From Nannocystales bacterium (GTDB taxonomy: Bacteria > Myxococcota_A > Polyangia > Nannocystales > Nannocystaceae): a stretch of 55,151 bases of DNA. The stretch spans positions 315,317 to 370,467 of the forward strand of contig JBOEGF010000011.1 in assembly GCA_050633305.1 (NCBI GenBank), read 5' to 3'. The notes under the pieces were generated by a model that worked only from the letters and a program-made list of their open reading frames with translations, was not told the origin of the DNA and did no database searches. Both the position numbers and the translations under genes were made by a program. Of this stretch, positions 8,823 to 19,443 are shown piece by piece. Every line of letters begins with the position of its first letter. Position 1 is the stretch's first letter.

Positions 8823-10408
8823 GGCGCGGGATCCTGGGCCCCCGGGGGCGGAGACCGGGCGTCCAACGGTTCGACGGTTCCACGGACCGGGGATGGGCGG
8901 TCGTCGTCGCCGGGGGGCAGGGCGACATCGTCGATGAGCCCAGCGGGCAACCACCACAGCTTGTCCAGGGGGACCACGCCGGCGGGGCCTCTGGACACCC
9001 GCGACAGCGCGAGGCCTTCAAGGGCTTGCCGAGGACGAGCCTCGGCGCGCGAAATGTAGGACGGTGTCTTTCGCGGGCATTTCTTGTCGAGGCGCTCCGC
9101 GAGTCCGGCGTCGTCCCCGAGTTCGCCGTGAATCCACAACGCAGCCGCGGCGAGGCATGCCGCATCCAGCTCTGCATGGAGGGCTCGGGCTGCGGCGGGT
9201 TGGAGGGGGGGCGCGCCGAGCAGGAGCGCAGTGCGAAGCGTGTGGGCCTGAGACCCTCGTGCCACTCGACCACCGATCGACGTCAGGACATCGGGGAGGG
9301 GTTGAAGTGCCTCGGTGCGCAGCGGCCCGACGAGGGCGGCGTCGATGATGGCGATTCGCAAGCCAACATCATCCAGGGTTGCCGTGCCCAAGCCGGCCAC
9401 GAAACGCGCACAGCGAAACCCCTCGGCGTTCAGCGTGTCGTGTGCCTCGAGCACGGGGGCGATATCCGCCCACGCGGCCTCACAACGCGCCTGCGTCACC
9501 GTGGTGGGTGGCTCGGGCTCGGGCACCGTCCGCTTCTCGACCATGGCCGCGAGCGCAGAGACGGAGGCGCCCAGATTCTTGAAGAGTTCCGTCGCGGTCT
9601 GGCCGACGTTTTCCTCGACCTCGAGCTGTCGTTGGAGGACGGCCTTGCCGATGCGAGCAGGCTCGTTCGCGGAGGAGAGCTGGCCCTGGACAGTGCTCGC
9701 AAAGGTCTCCAGCGCAAGGGCTGCGGGGGCGTCCGCTTGGCCGGGCAGCATGCGAACTCGGTCCGCAAGGGCGCGGGCGTCGAGGACCGCTGCCTCGCCT
9801 CGTGCCTTGGACATGCGCTGCAACCCAGCGGATGCGACGGGCAGTGTCTTCTCGAGATGCGAGAGGCTGACCTCGCAGTGGGTACACGTGCCGTCGCTGC
9901 GCGCGGACGCCTCGAGTGCCGCGATGACGTGCTGGGCCTGTGCGGTGACCCAGCTGGGATCGTCGGCCCACGGTGCACGCCGCACATAGGTGTCACGGGC
10001 CCGGTCGATCGCGAATCTCGAGGCCACCGCCACGACGCGGTCGGCGGGCTCGAGCAACCGTGGGGTCAAGCCCTTGGACTCGCGGTCGGCCGCCTCGAGG
10101 GCTGTTCGCAACGCGGCGCGGTCGTCAGGCTGAAGCGGAGGCATGCGTGGTGCCGTCCCGTCCCGAAGGGCCGCGGTGATCGGGTCTTCGAGCGCCGCGA
10201 GCGTGGCGACCTTGGGCGCGAGGCGTTCGAGCGCTTCCTTTTGCGCTTCCTTCCGGAGTTTGGCGGTCTTCTGCGTTGCGCTGGGCTCCTGATCCGGATT
10301 CGGGTCCGGGACCGAGTCCCGCGGGCAGCCGGTGCACGCGGCGAGCGTCACCAACACCCACGCGCGAGCGTGGGGGAGGGGGCGGGGTGTTGGCGACAAA
10401 CAGCGCAC
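8819..10408 (-). CDS. Hypothetical lipoprotein, possibly a divergent DUF885-like protein
   Basis: Signal/lipobox LVTLAAC-TGC, helical protein, coupled with glyA and the pseudokinase gene. Confidence 0.65.
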   Translation of the reverse strand: MRCLSPTPRPLPHARAWVLVTLAACTGCPRDSVPDPNPDQEPSATQKTAKLRKEAQKEALERLAPKVATLAALEDPITAALRDGTAPRMPPLQPDDRAALRTALEAADRESKGLTPRLLEPADRVVAVASRFAIDRARDTYVRRAPWADDPSWVTAQAQHVIAALEASARSDGTCTHCEVSLSHLEKTLPVASAGLQRMSKARGEAAVLDARALADRVRMLPGQADAPAALALETFASTVQGQLSSANEPARIGKAVLQRQLEVEENVGQTATELFKNLGASVSALAAMVEKRTVPEPEPPTTVTQARCEAAWADIAPVLEAHDTLNAEGFRCARFVAGLGTATLDDVGLRIAIIDAALVGPLRTEALQPLPDVLTSIGGRVARGSQAHTLRTALLLGAPPLQPAAARALHAELDAACLAAAALWIHGELGDDAGLAERLDKKCPRKTPSYISRAEARPRQALEGLALSRVSRGPAGVVPLDKLWWLPAGLIDDVALPPGDDDRPSPVRGTVEPLDARSPPPGAQDPAP

Positions 10409-10409
10409 G

Positions 10410-11681
10410 TCAGTGGGACAGGCCCGGAGCCGGGAACGGCTGGAGAAACTCGCGGATGCGGCCGGCGAGTGCGGTGGCGAAGGGATCGCCGATGGTGCCG
10501 TCGTGCTTGGCTGCTTCGCGCACGCCTTCGTCGATGAAGCCCGCGACCGCGTCCATGTGCTCGGCTTTCAAACCGCGAGAGGTCAACGCGGCGAGGCCCA
10601 CACGTACGCCGGAGGGGTCGAAGGGCTTGCGCTTGTCGAACGGGATGGAGTTCCCGTTCATCTCGATGCCGCAGCCGTTGAGCGCCCGGGCGGCGATCCT
10701 TCCGGAGATCCCCGTCGAGGTGAGATCGACGAGCAGCAGGTGGTTGTCGGTGCCACCGGTGATCAGCGACAGGCCGCGCCCGAGAAGGCCTTCTCCCAGC
10801 GCTTTCGCGTTTGCCACAACCTGCGCTGCGTAGTCTTTGAACTCGGGCTGAAGCGCCTCACCAAAGGCGACCGCCTTGGCCGCCGTGGTGTGGTTGTGGG
10901 GTCCGCCTTGCAAGCCGGGGAAGACGGCCTTGTCGATCGCCTTGGCGTGCTCTGCTTTGCACATGATCAGACCTCCGCGCGGGCCGCGGAGCGTCTTGTG
11001 GGTTGTGGTGGTGACCGCGGCGGCGTGGGGAACCGGTGAGGGATGCACTCCGCCCGCGATGAGGCCCGCGATGTGGGCGATGTCTGCGACAAGGTGCGCG
11101 CCAACCTCGTTTGCGATCTCGGCGAACGCTTCGAAGTCGACCGTGCGCGGATAGGCGGAGTGACCGCACCAGATGAGCTTGGGCGCGTGCTCCTTGGCGA
11201 GGTCGCGCACCTGGTCCATGTCGAGGCGGTGGTCGGTCTCGCGGACGCCGTACTGGACGGCGTTGTAGTAGATGCCGGTTGCCGAGACCTTCCAGCCGTG
11301 TGTGAGGTGTCCGCCCGCGGGCAGCGACATGCCCAAGATGGTGTCCCCGGGGTCGACAAGCGCGAGCAGGGCCGCGAGGTTGGCGGGGCTGCCGCTGTAG
11401 GGCTGCACGTTCGCGTGCTCTGCCCCGAAGATTTCCTTGGCTCGATCGATCGCCAGACTCTCCAGCGGATCGATGACATCCATGCCCTCGTAGTAGCGCC
11501 GACCTGGGTAACCCTCGGCGTATTTGTTGGTGAGCGTGGATGCGCTGGCCTCGAGCACAGCACGGCTTGCGTAGTTCTCCGAGGCGATCAGGCGGAGACT
11601 GTCTCGCTGGCGGGTGTCCTCGCGGGCGATGAGCTCGGCCACCTGCGGATCGGCGGCTTGGAGTGCGGGGTCGAAGGTCAC
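10410..11681 (-). CDS. glyA: Serine hydroxymethyltransferase
   Basis: [40 protein letters not shown] and FPGLQGGP. Start set at GTG 11681. Confidence 0.97.
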   Translation of the reverse strand: MTFDPALQAADPQVAELIAREDTRQRDSLRLIASENYASRAVLEASASTLTNKYAEGYPGRRYYEGMDVIDPLESLAIDRAKEIFGAEHANVQPYSGSPANLAALLALVDPGDTILGMSLPAGGHLTHGWKVSATGIYYNAVQYGVRETDHRLDMDQVRDLAKEHAPKLIWCGHSAYPRTVDFEAFAEIANEVGAHLVADIAHIAGLIAGGVHPSPVPHAAAVTTTTHKTLRGPRGGLIMCKAEHAKAIDKAVFPGLQGGPHNHTTAAKAVAFGEALQPEFKDYAAQVVANAKALGEGLLGRGLSLITGGTDNHLLLVDLTSTGISGRIAARALNGCGIEMNGNSIPFDKRKPFDPSGVRVGLAALTSRGLKAEHMDAVAGFIDEGVREAAKHDGTIGDPFATALAGRIREFLQPFPAPGLSH

Positions 11682-11718
11682 GAGCGGACGGTAACCAATC
11701 CTTCCCGGGGGCGCTATC

Positions 11719-13272
11719 GTGGGCGACGTGGACGTGTTCCCCGCGGAATCGAAGCTACGCGCAAGCCTGGAGGCGGGCGATGCGGCGGTGGTCCCGGTGT
11801 GGGCCGAGGTGTTGTGCGACACGCAGACCCCCGTCGGCGCTTTCGCGCGGCTGCGGGCAGCGGCGGACACGGCGGTTCTTCTGGAGTCGGTGGTGGGGGG
11901 CGAACGCTGGGCTCGGTACAGCTTTCTGGCCCTCGGGCATCGACTGCGCGGCCGGGCATCGTGGCGAGACGGCGCGTTGCGTTGGGACTGGACCGCGCCG
12001 GAGGGCTTCTGCGTGCCGGCCGATCTCCCGAGCGTCGGGCTCGACTCCTTGCGCGCTGTGAGCCAGGCGTTGCACGGCGAAGCGCACCCCGACCTTCCTC
12101 GCTTCTGGGGCGGCCTCGTGGGTGTGTGTGGTCACGACTTCGTACGGGCGGTGGAGTCGATCCCTCCACCCCAGACTCGCGAACCAGATGCGGTGCCAGG
12201 GGTCGAGATGATCGCGACCGATGTCCTGGTGATCTTCGACAATCTCACCCAACGGGTGAAGGTGGTGGGAAGCGTCTGCCCACAGACCGACGGCGGTTTT
12301 GAGGCCGGCTACGCCCGGGCGGTGGCAAGAGTTCACGAGGTCACCGACACCCTTCTTGGCGAGGGGCCTGGCGCTCCGTCGCTCCGCCTTCGAGAGCCTG
12401 AACCATCGCAGTGGGAAACCGAGCCCACGCCGCCCTGGTCGAGGGATCGGCATGTGGAGGCGGTCGCGGCCGCCAAAGAGCACATCGCGGCCGGAGACGT
12501 GTTTCAGGTCGTGCTCTCCCAGGCGTTCGATGCTCCCCGGGATGGCCTCGATCTTCTCGATGTCTACCGGGCGCTGCGGGTGACCAACCCCGCTCCGTAC
12601 ATGTACGCGATGCAGTTGCCCTCGGCGACGCTGGTGGGCGCCTCGCCGGAAGTCCTGGTGCGGGTGGATCGCGACTCGCGGCAGGTCACCGTTCGGCCGA
12701 TCGCGGGGACTCGACCGCGTGGGCGAACCGAGGCGGAAGACCAAGCGTTGGAGCGCGAGCTGCTGGCCGATCCCAAAGAGCGCGCCGAGCATCTGATGCT
12801 CATCGACCTCGGTCGCAACGACATCGGCCGCGTGAGCGAGGGCGGCTCGGTGCGCATGACCGACCGCTTTGCGATCGAGCGGTACAGCCGCGTGATGCAC
12901 ATTGTCTCGGAGGTCACCGGGACGTTGCGCCCGGAGCTCGATGCCCTCGATGCCCTGGCTGCGACCTTCCCCGCGGGGACGCTCAGTGGGGCGCCGAAGG
13001 TCCGTGCCTTGCAGCTGATCGACGAACTCGAAGTGGATGGACGAGGCTGGTACGGCGGTGCGGTGGGCTACCTCGGATATGATGGCGGGGCAGACTTCGC
13101 GATCTGCATCCGAAGCCTCGTGGCGCAAGGGAACACACTCCGCGTCCAAGCCGGCGGTGGCATTGTCTACGACTCGGACGCCGCAGCGGAGGACCAAGAG
13201 TGCCGAAACAAGGCGAGCGCGGTGCTTCGTGCGATCGCGATGGCGCGCGGCGCTCGGGAGGAACAACGATGA
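11719..13272 (+). CDS. trpE: Anthranilate synthase component I
   Basis: [34 protein letters not shown] and TLSGAPK. True start may be GTG 11728. Confidence 0.95.
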   Translation: MGDVDVFPAESKLRASLEAGDAAVVPVWAEVLCDTQTPVGAFARLRAAADTAVLLESVVGGERWARYSFLALGHRLRGRASWRDGALRWDWTAPEGFCVPADLPSVGLDSLRAVSQALHGEAHPDLPRFWGGLVGVCGHDFVRAVESIPPPQTREPDAVPGVEMIATDVLVIFDNLTQRVKVVGSVCPQTDGGFEAGYARAVARVHEVTDTLLGEGPGAPSLRLREPEPSQWETEPTPPWSRDRHVEAVAAAKEHIAAGDVFQVVLSQAFDAPRDGLDLLDVYRALRVTNPAPYMYAMQLPSATLVGASPEVLVRVDRDSRQVTVRPIAGTRPRGRTEAEDQALERELLADPKERAEHLMLIDLGRNDIGRVSEGGSVRMTDRFAIERYSRVMHIVSEVTGTLRPELDALDALAATFPAGTLSGAPKVRALQLIDELEVDGRGWYGGAVGYLGYDGGADFAICIRSLVAQGNTLRVQAGGGIVYDSDAAAEDQECRNKASAVLRAIAMARGAREEQR

Positions 13273-13916
13273 AAACTCTGCCTGCTGGAGGAACTCGATA
13301 CACCCCGGCCGAGGCCGGAAGCGGCGCACGTGTGCTGGTGGTCGACAACTACGACTCGTTCACGTTCAACCTCGTGCAGTACCTGCTCGAGTTGGGCGCG
13401 GTCGTCGACGTCTACCGCAACGACGCGCTGAGCGCGGAGCAGATCGTGGAGGACGAGCCCAGCCATGTTCTACTCTCCCCGGGGCCGGGCCGACCGAGCG
13501 ACGCGGGGGTCTGCGCGGACGTCTGCCGGTCGCTGTGTGAGGAGGATTCGGACATCCCGATGCTCGGGGTTTGCCTCGGCCACCAGACGCTGTGCGAAGT
13601 CCTCGGTGCGAAGGTGGTCCGCGCCGACCGGATCATGCATGGCAAGACATCACCGGTCCTGCACGACGGGTCCGGCGTCCTCGCACGGATCCCCTCGCCG
13701 TTCGTTGCGACGCGTTACCACAGTCTCATCGTCCCTCAGGAGACTCTTCCTGTTTCGCTCTTGCCGGTCGCGCACACGGCCGAGGGCGAACTGATGGCGG
13801 TCCGGCACGTCCGCGCGCCTGTGTTCGGGGTGCAGTTCCACCCCGAATCGATCCTCTCCGAGGCGGGCCACCAGATCCTCGGCAACTTCTTGGCCCAAGG
13901 GGGTGGAGATGCCTGA
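13269..13916 (+). CDS. trpG: Anthranilate synthase component II (glutamine amidotransferase)
   Basis: DNYDSFT, SPGPG, GVCLGHQ, RYHSL and QFHPES. ATGA overlap with trpE. Confidence 0.93.
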   Translation: MKTLPAGGTRYTPAEAGSGARVLVVDNYDSFTFNLVQYLLELGAVVDVYRNDALSAEQIVEDEPSHVLLSPGPGRPSDAGVCADVCRSLCEEDSDIPMLGVCLGHQTLCEVLGAKVVRADRIMHGKTSPVLHDGSGVLARIPSPFVATRYHSLIVPQETLPVSLLPVAHTAEGELMAVRHVRAPVFGVQFHPESILSEAGHQILGNFLAQGGGDA

Positions 13917-14973
13917 CGCGCATGTGCGGGCGGCGCTTCGCGAGCTTGCAGCCGGCCGAGACCTCCCCCGCGCGACGATGACGGCCGTGCTCCGCGAGAT
14001 CATGGCGGGGGATGCCCACCCTGGGCAGCTGGGCGCGCTGCTGATGGGTCTGGCCGCCAAGGGGGAGACGTCCGAGGAAATCGCCGGGGCCGCGGTTGCG
14101 ATGCGGGAGGCGATGACGCCGGTTTCCGCGGAAGCGAGTGAGCTGGTCGACACCTGTGGAACCGGGGGCTCAGGGGTGGCGCGGCGGAATGTCTCGACGG
14201 CTGTCGCGATCGTGCTCGCGGCGTGTGGGGTGAAGGTTGCCAAACACGGCAACCGAGCCGCGAGCAGTCGAAGCGGAAGCGCGGACGTGCTCGAGGCGCT
14301 TGGCGTCGGCATTGCGGCGTCCGCCGACACCGTCTCAGCCTGTATCGACGGGGTGGGGGTCGGGTTCTTGTTCGCCGCTGCGTTGCATCCTGCGATGAAG
14401 CACGCGATGCCGGTGCGCAAGGCACTGGGGGTCCGCACCTTGTTCAACCTGTTGGGTCCGCTGACCAACCCGGCCGGGGCGAAGCGGCAGTTGCTCGGAG
14501 TGTTCGATCCCCGGCGGTGCATGCCGCTCGCATCCGCTCTGAGCGCACTTGGAAGCACACGCGTCATGGTCGTCCACGGCTTCCGCTGCGGGGTGAGGGC
14601 TGCCGAGGACGCGCCGTGGGGAATCGACGACCTGAGCCCCGAAGGCGAGTCTTTGGTCGCCCATGGGCACCACGGCGTTGTGAAACGGTGGGTCCTGACG
14701 CCCGAGCAGGCGGGGGTCGAGCGGTTTGCGTGGGAGGAGATCGCCGGGGGCGATCCCGCGGACAACGCGGAGGCTCTCAAGGCGGTGCTGCACGGGGCAC
14801 CAGGGCGGTATCGGGACGCGGTGGTGTACTCCGGGGCGGCCGGGCTGCTCGTGGCGGGCGAGCAGGGGGTTGCGGCGCTTCCGGAACTCGCCGACCGAAT
14901 TGCGGCCGCGCTTGATGACGGGTCGGCAGCGGCTACCCTCGCGGCGCTGGTGAAGGCTTCCAACCCGGCGTAG
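13909..14973 (+). CDS. trpD: Anthranilate phosphoribosyltransferase
   Basis: DTCGTGG, AKHGNR..SS.SGSADVLE and RTLFNLLGPLTNP. Confidence 0.95.
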   Translation: MPDAHVRAALRELAAGRDLPRATMTAVLREIMAGDAHPGQLGALLMGLAAKGETSEEIAGAAVAMREAMTPVSAEASELVDTCGTGGSGVARRNVSTAVAIVLAACGVKVAKHGNRAASSRSGSADVLEALGVGIAASADTVSACIDGVGVGFLFAAALHPAMKHAMPVRKALGVRTLFNLLGPLTNPAGAKRQLLGVFDPRRCMPLASALSALGSTRVMVVHGFRCGVRAAEDAPWGIDDLSPEGESLVAHGHHGVVKRWVLTPEQAGVERFAWEEIAGGDPADNAEALKAVLHGAPGRYRDAVVYSGAAGLLVAGEQGVAALPELADRIAAALDDGSAAATLAALVKASNPA

Positions 14974-14982
14974 CCTTCCCGT

Positions 14983-15780
14983 ATGTCCGAGGCGACCCAT
15001 CTCGATCGGATCATCGCGGCCAAGCGCGCCGAACTCTCGGCACATCGCGGCGATGGTGTGATCTCGGCCCGTCAGTTGGAGCAGGCGCTCGCTGGCCTGC
15101 CGCCGGTCCGGGACTTCGAAGGCGCCCTCCGCCAGGGACCCGCGCCTCGGATCATCGCGGAGTTCAAGCGCGCCTCGCCGTCTGCGGGCCCGATTCGCGA
15201 GGACGCAGACGTCGCGCAGATCGTGTCTGCGTACGAGAAGGCCGGAGCCACGGCGATCAGCGTGCTGACGGACCGACACTTCGACGGGCGGCTCGCCGAT
15301 CTCGAGGCGGCCCGCGCGGCGACTTCTCTCCCGATTCTCCGCAAGGACTTCATTCTCGATCGCAGCCAGATCCTCGAGGCTCGGCGAGCCGGTGCCGATG
15401 CGGTCTTGCTGATCGCCGCGGTGCTCGAGGCCCCGCTGCTCAAGCAGCTCATCGACTTTGCCCATGACCTGTCGCTGCACGTCTTGTGTGAGGCGCATGA
15501 TGGACACGAAGTGGACCGAGCGCTCAGCGCCGGCGCCACGCTCGTGGGTGTCAACAACCGCGACCTCAAGTCGTTCGAGGTCGACCGCAGCGTCGCAATC
15601 TCCCAACGTGCTCGGGTCCCGCGATCGTTCACGTTTGTCGCGGAGAGCGGAATCGAAGGCCCGGAGCATCTGCGGCAGCTGCGTGATGCAGGGGTCGATG
15701 CGGCGCTCGTCGGCACGCTGTTCATGGGCGCCGAAGACCCCGGAGCGGCGCTTGCCTCCGTCCTCGAAGCGCTCGCCTGA
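14983..15780 (+). CDS. trpC: Indole-3-glycerol phosphate synthase
   Basis: IAEFKRASPS, ISVLTD, LRKDFI, GVNNRDL and AESGI. Confidence 0.96.
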   Translation: MSEATHLDRIIAAKRAELSAHRGDGVISARQLEQALAGLPPVRDFEGALRQGPAPRIIAEFKRASPSAGPIREDADVAQIVSAYEKAGATAISVLTDRHFDGRLADLEAARAATSLPILRKDFILDRSQILEARRAGADAVLLIAAVLEAPLLKQLIDFAHDLSLHVLCEAHDGHEVDRALSAGATLVGVNNRDLKSFEVDRSVAISQRARVPRSFTFVAESGIEGPEHLRQLRDAGVDAALVGTLFMGAEDPGAALASVLEALA

Positions 15781-15813
15781 GGTGCACACCCAAGACGCGC
15801 CTGGGAGCTGCGA

Positions 15814-16452
15814 ATGGTCGGGCTGAAGGTTTGCGGCGTGACGCGGCGCGCCGACCTCGAGGCATGCGACCGCCTGGGGGTCGATGCGGTCGGTATCAAC
15901 CTGTGGTCCGGGAGCAAGCGCGGCCTGTCCCCGGAGGATGCGGGGGCGTTGCTCGCGGGCCGCTCGGGAGCCCTGCGGGTCGGGGTGTTCGTGGACCACC
16001 AGCCGCACCAGGTCGCTGCGATCGCGCGCGCATTGAACCTCGACGCGATTCAACCCCACGGGGATGCGGACCCGCAGCTGTTCGCTGGATTGGGGGTTCC
16101 GTGGGCCTGGGTGATCCGCGGTACGCCGGACCTTGCCAGCCTCGCCGTCCCCGAGCCGTTGCCCGCGTGGGTCCTGCTTGACGCAGTGGTCGCCGGATTC
16201 GGCGGGGCAGGGGCCCAGACCGACTGGGCGTGGGCGGCTCGGGCGGTGAATGCCTTGGCGCCCTTGCCGGTGTGGCTGGCCGGAGGCATCACCGCGGACA
16301 ACGCTGCCGATGCGTTGTCGCAGGTGCAACCCGCGGGTCTGGATGTCGCCAGCGGATCTGAAATGCCGGGCGCACTGCACGGCGAGAAGGACATCGTACG
16401 CATCGAAGGGCTGTTGGGAGCTGTGCGGGCGGCGTCCGGCGGGGCCTGGTAA
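15814..16452 (+). CDS. trpF: Phosphoribosylanthranilate isomerase
   Basis: KVCG, VGVF, Q.HG, GGAG..DW, LAGG and DVASG.E. Confidence 0.93.
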   Translation: MVGLKVCGVTRRADLEACDRLGVDAVGINLWSGSKRGLSPEDAGALLAGRSGALRVGVFVDHQPHQVAAIARALNLDAIQPHGDADPQLFAGLGVPWAWVIRGTPDLASLAVPEPLPAWVLLDAVVAGFGGAGAQTDWAWAARAVNALAPLPVWLAGGITADNAADALSQVQPAGLDVASGSEMPGALHGEKDIVRIEGLLGAVRAASGGAW

Positions 16453-16463
16453 AACCGCCATCA

Positions 16464-17708
16464 ATGGCCGATGAACTCGCGAGTCCCTCGCTTCAGTTTG
16501 GCGCGTTCGGTGGGCGCTACGTCGCAGAGACGTTGATGCCCGCCGTGGAGCAGCTTGCACTGGAGTGGCCCAAAGCTTGGGCGGACGCGAGTTTTCAAGA
16601 GGAGTACCGCTTGATCCTCCGCGACTACACCGGGCGCCCCTCGGTCCTCACCGAGGCGAAGCGTCTGGCGGATGTGTTGGGCATGAAGGACGGCGGGCGC
16701 CTGCTGCTCAAGCGCGAAGACCTCAACCACACCGGGTCGCACAAGATCAACAACTGCGTCGGACAGGTGCTGCTGGCACGTCGCCTGGGCAAGACCCGCA
16801 TCATCGCCGAGACCGGAGCCGGCCAGCATGGCGTCGCGACGGCAACGGTCTGCGCCTACTTCGGGTTGCCGTGCACGGTCTACATGGGCGAGCGAGACGT
16901 TGAGCGGCAGGCGCTCAACGTGTTCCGCATGCAGCTTCTCGGGGCGCAGGTCGTTCCGGTGAAGGCGGGCAGCGCCACGCTCAAGGACGCGATCAACGAG
17001 GCGCTGCGGGACTGGGTCGCGCACGTCGACGACACGCATTATGTCATCGGAAGCGTCATGGGCCCCGACCCCTATCCGACGATGGTCCGAGAGCTTCAGC
17101 GGGTCATCGGGGACGAGTGTCGGGCACAGGTCCATGCCTTGACCGGAGGGCTGCCCGACGCGGTCGTCGCGTGCGTGGGCGGTGGGTCGAACGCGATGGG
17201 AATCTTCGCGGCGTTCGTTCCCGAGCCGACCGTCGCGTTGTACGGGGTCGAGGCTGCGGGCGAAGGCCTCGATGGAAAGCATGCGGCGACGATGACCGCG
17301 GGCAAGCTCGGCATCTACCACGGCATGCGCTCGCTGGTGTTGCAGGACAACCACGGGCAGCTCCAAGAAGCGCATTCGATCTCGGCTGGTCTGGACTACC
17401 CCGGTGTCGGGCCAGAGCACGCGCACCTCCACGCGACGGGGCGGGCGAAGTACCTCAGTGTGACCGATGCTCAGTGCCTGGATGCGCTGTCCCAGGTGGC
17501 GCGCAGCGAAGGCATCATCGTTGCCTTGGAGACCGCCCACGCGTTTGCGGCCTTGCCTGCGGTCTTGAACGAGGTTGGCCTCGATGCGACCGTCGTGGTC
17601 AACGTGTCGGGACGTGGAGACAAGGACATGCACACGGTGATGGACGCCCTCGATGGTGATGGGCCGTCGGTGACACAGCAGTCGGGACACGCGGAGGAAC
17701 CCTCATGA
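16464..17708 (+). CDS. trpB: Tryptophan synthase beta chain
   Basis: [43 protein letters not shown] and SGRGDKD. Confidence 0.98.
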   Translation: MADELASPSLQFGAFGGRYVAETLMPAVEQLALEWPKAWADASFQEEYRLILRDYTGRPSVLTEAKRLADVLGMKDGGRLLLKREDLNHTGSHKINNCVGQVLLARRLGKTRIIAETGAGQHGVATATVCAYFGLPCTVYMGERDVERQALNVFRMQLLGAQVVPVKAGSATLKDAINEALRDWVAHVDDTHYVIGSVMGPDPYPTMVRELQRVIGDECRAQVHALTGGLPDAVVACVGGGSNAMGIFAAFVPEPTVALYGVEAAGEGLDGKHAATMTAGKLGIYHGMRSLVLQDNHGQLQEAHSISAGLDYPGVGPEHAHLHATGRAKYLSVTDAQCLDALSQVARSEGIIVALETAHAFAALPAVLNEVGLDATVVVNVSGRGDKDMHTVMDALDGDGPSVTQQSGHAEEPS

Positions 17709-18490
17709 GCCGGATCAAGCAAGCCTTCGAAAACGCCAAGGCCGAGGGGCGCGCGGCCTTGGTCGGGTACCTCACCGCATTCGACCCCGACCTTGAAGGG
17801 TCACGCGAGCGGATCATGGCAGCGTGTGACGCGGGCCTGGACGTGCTGGAACTCGGCGTTCCTTTCTCAGACCCGACGGCCGACGGCGGTGATGTTCAGG
17901 CGGCGATGATCCGCGCGCTTGCGGCAGGGGCGACCCTTCCGGGCGTGCTCGACTTGGCACGCTCGATTCGAGAGCGCACCGACATTCCGATCGTCTTGTT
18001 CTCCTACGCAAACCCGCTGCTGCAGATGGGAAGTCGGCTGGGTGCAACGGCCGCGAACGCCGGCATCGACGGCCTCTTGGTGGTCGACTGTCCGCCGGCG
18101 CATGCGGAGGAACTGCGCGGTCCCGCGGCCGCACGGGGCCTGGACTGGATCGGCCTGGTTGCCCCCACGACGACCCCCGCCCGTATGGAGGCGGTCGCCA
18201 GCGTCAGCACCGGCTTCGTCTATGCGGTGACGCTCAAGGGCGTGACGGGGGCGGAGGTCGACGTGGACTCCGATGCGCTCACGGAGCAGCTCGCGAGTGT
18301 TCAAGCCCGGTTTGATGTTCCTGTCGCAGCGGGGTTCGGGGTGCGCTCGGCGAAGCAGGCGCAGGTTTTGGCCCGCAAGGCGGACGGCGTGGTCGTGGGT
18401 TCAGCACTGATCCGCGCGGCACAGGATAGCGTTGGCGCGCTGACCGAACTCGTTCGCGACCTGAGGGCGGGAACCGAGGTGGACAAGTGA
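17705..18490 (+). CDS. trpA: Tryptophan synthase alpha chain
   Basis: [20 protein letters not shown] and [13 protein letters not shown] overlap with trpB. Confidence 0.96.
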   Translation: MSRIKQAFENAKAEGRAALVGYLTAFDPDLEGSRERIMAACDAGLDVLELGVPFSDPTADGGDVQAAMIRALAAGATLPGVLDLARSIRERTDIPIVLFSYANPLLQMGSRLGATAANAGIDGLLVVDCPPAHAEELRGPAAARGLDWIGLVAPTTTPARMEAVASVSTGFVYAVTLKGVTGAEVDVDSDALTEQLASVQARFDVPVAAGFGVRSAKQAQVLARKADGVVVGSALIRAAQDSVGALTELVRDLRAGTEVDK

Positions 18491-18495
18491 CGCGG

Positions 18496-18975
18496 TCAGC
18501 TTCGGAGCCGACCCGAGAGCGCCATGCGGGCGTTGGCGATGAGCTTGCGGAGGCTGACGTCGCCGACGTTGCTCAGTGCACTCATCGTCTCGGGCGCGGG
18601 CTCATCGGGGAGATCGACGATGTCGGGCGGCGGAGGCGGTGGCGGACGGACGGGGACCGGGGGAATCTCGCCGACCCGCAGCCGGATGGAGCTCACGGGG
18701 CACTCGGGACACTGCTGGGTGACGCGCGCCACGAGTTCGTCCTTCATGTAGACCAGCTCGTGCTGCCACTGGGTATCTTGAACGAAGACCACCAGCTGTT
18801 TCCCCTTGAGCGCGCCGGGCCACGCGACGGCGCGAACCCGGGGGCCGACGATGTCGCCCCAGACGATCTGCAGTCGCGTCAGTCGAAGTCGCTCTGGCGG
18901 CACGATGATCCGCACCGCGTGCGCCGCAAACTCGCGCGCCGGTCGGCTCTGGCCGTGGTTGATGCGACGCGCCAT
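18496..18975 (-). CDS. DUF721 / DciA family protein
   Basis: W..IVGP.V...A.P......L.V.V....W.HEL..MK.EL...V pattern. Confidence 0.8.
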   Translation of the reverse strand: MARRINHGQSRPAREFAAHAVRIIVPPERLRLTRLQIVWGDIVGPRVRAVAWPGALKGKQLVVFVQDTQWQHELVYMKDELVARVTQQCPECPVSSIRLRVGEIPPVPVRPPPPPPPDIVDLPDEPAPETMSALSNVGDVSLRKLIANARMALSGRLRS

Positions 18976-18987
18976 GGACTTCGAACA

Positions 18988-19362
18988 GTGTGCCACGCCC
19001 TGCCGAAGCGTGCGTCCGTCGCCGCCCTTGCGTTGCTATCCGTCGGTTGTGCTCCACGCAGCGGGTGGGTTCGCATCGAGCAGGCTTGCCAAGCTTCGGA
19101 TGCGCCGAGGGTGTGCTTTGTGGCGGAACCGGACGCGCCGCTGACGCTCGAGGTCGGGGGCATGGTCTTGGTTCCGGGGGAGTGTGCGCTCGCGCCGACT
19201 GCCAAGCGTGCCTCTGTGAAGGCCGTCGTGGTCGATGGACGCACCGGGGAAGAGCAGCGCAAGCGCGTGGGAGTCGGGCGCGGCCGTACCGCGACGCTCA
19301 CCGTGGCGCAGCCGGACGGCGGCCTGGATGTTGACGTTGCGCGGGCGCGTTGCGGTGGTTGA
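18988..19362 (+). CDS. Hypothetical small lipoprotein
   Basis: 3' part of ORF 18487..19362 has a signal and lipobox (AALALLSVGC) and a beta-rich mature part with paired Cys. Confidence 0.55.
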   Translation: MCHALPKRASVAALALLSVGCAPRSGWVRIEQACQASDAPRVCFVAEPDAPLTLEVGGMVLVPGECALAPTAKRASVKAVVVDGRTGEEQRKRVGVGRGRTATLTVAQPDGGLDVDVARARCGG

Positions 19363-19443
19363 AGCCTCGCGGGGTGGAGAATCCCGTCGTGGAGGCAGGC
19401 CTGGATCATGAGCAGCCGCGGGGTGTTTGCCCGACCCGTGCCT

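Noticed and set aside
11682..11727. trp attenuator, leader peptide or T-box
   Set aside because: No Trp-codon mini-ORF or terminator/antiterminator fits in the available space.
11682..11870. Long N-terminal extensions in the ORF track (glyA here; also ndk, pseudokinase, coiled-coil and strictosidine-synthase-like genes)
   Set aside because: They overlap neighbouring genes or tRNAs and lack family similarity; downstream starts fit the motifs and gene coupling better.
14335..16560. 741-aa minus-strand ORF, and other long antisense ORFs such as 1300..3003, 11755..13329 and 34567..36714
   Set aside because: They lie opposite well-supported genes and have shadow-type, motif-free composition.
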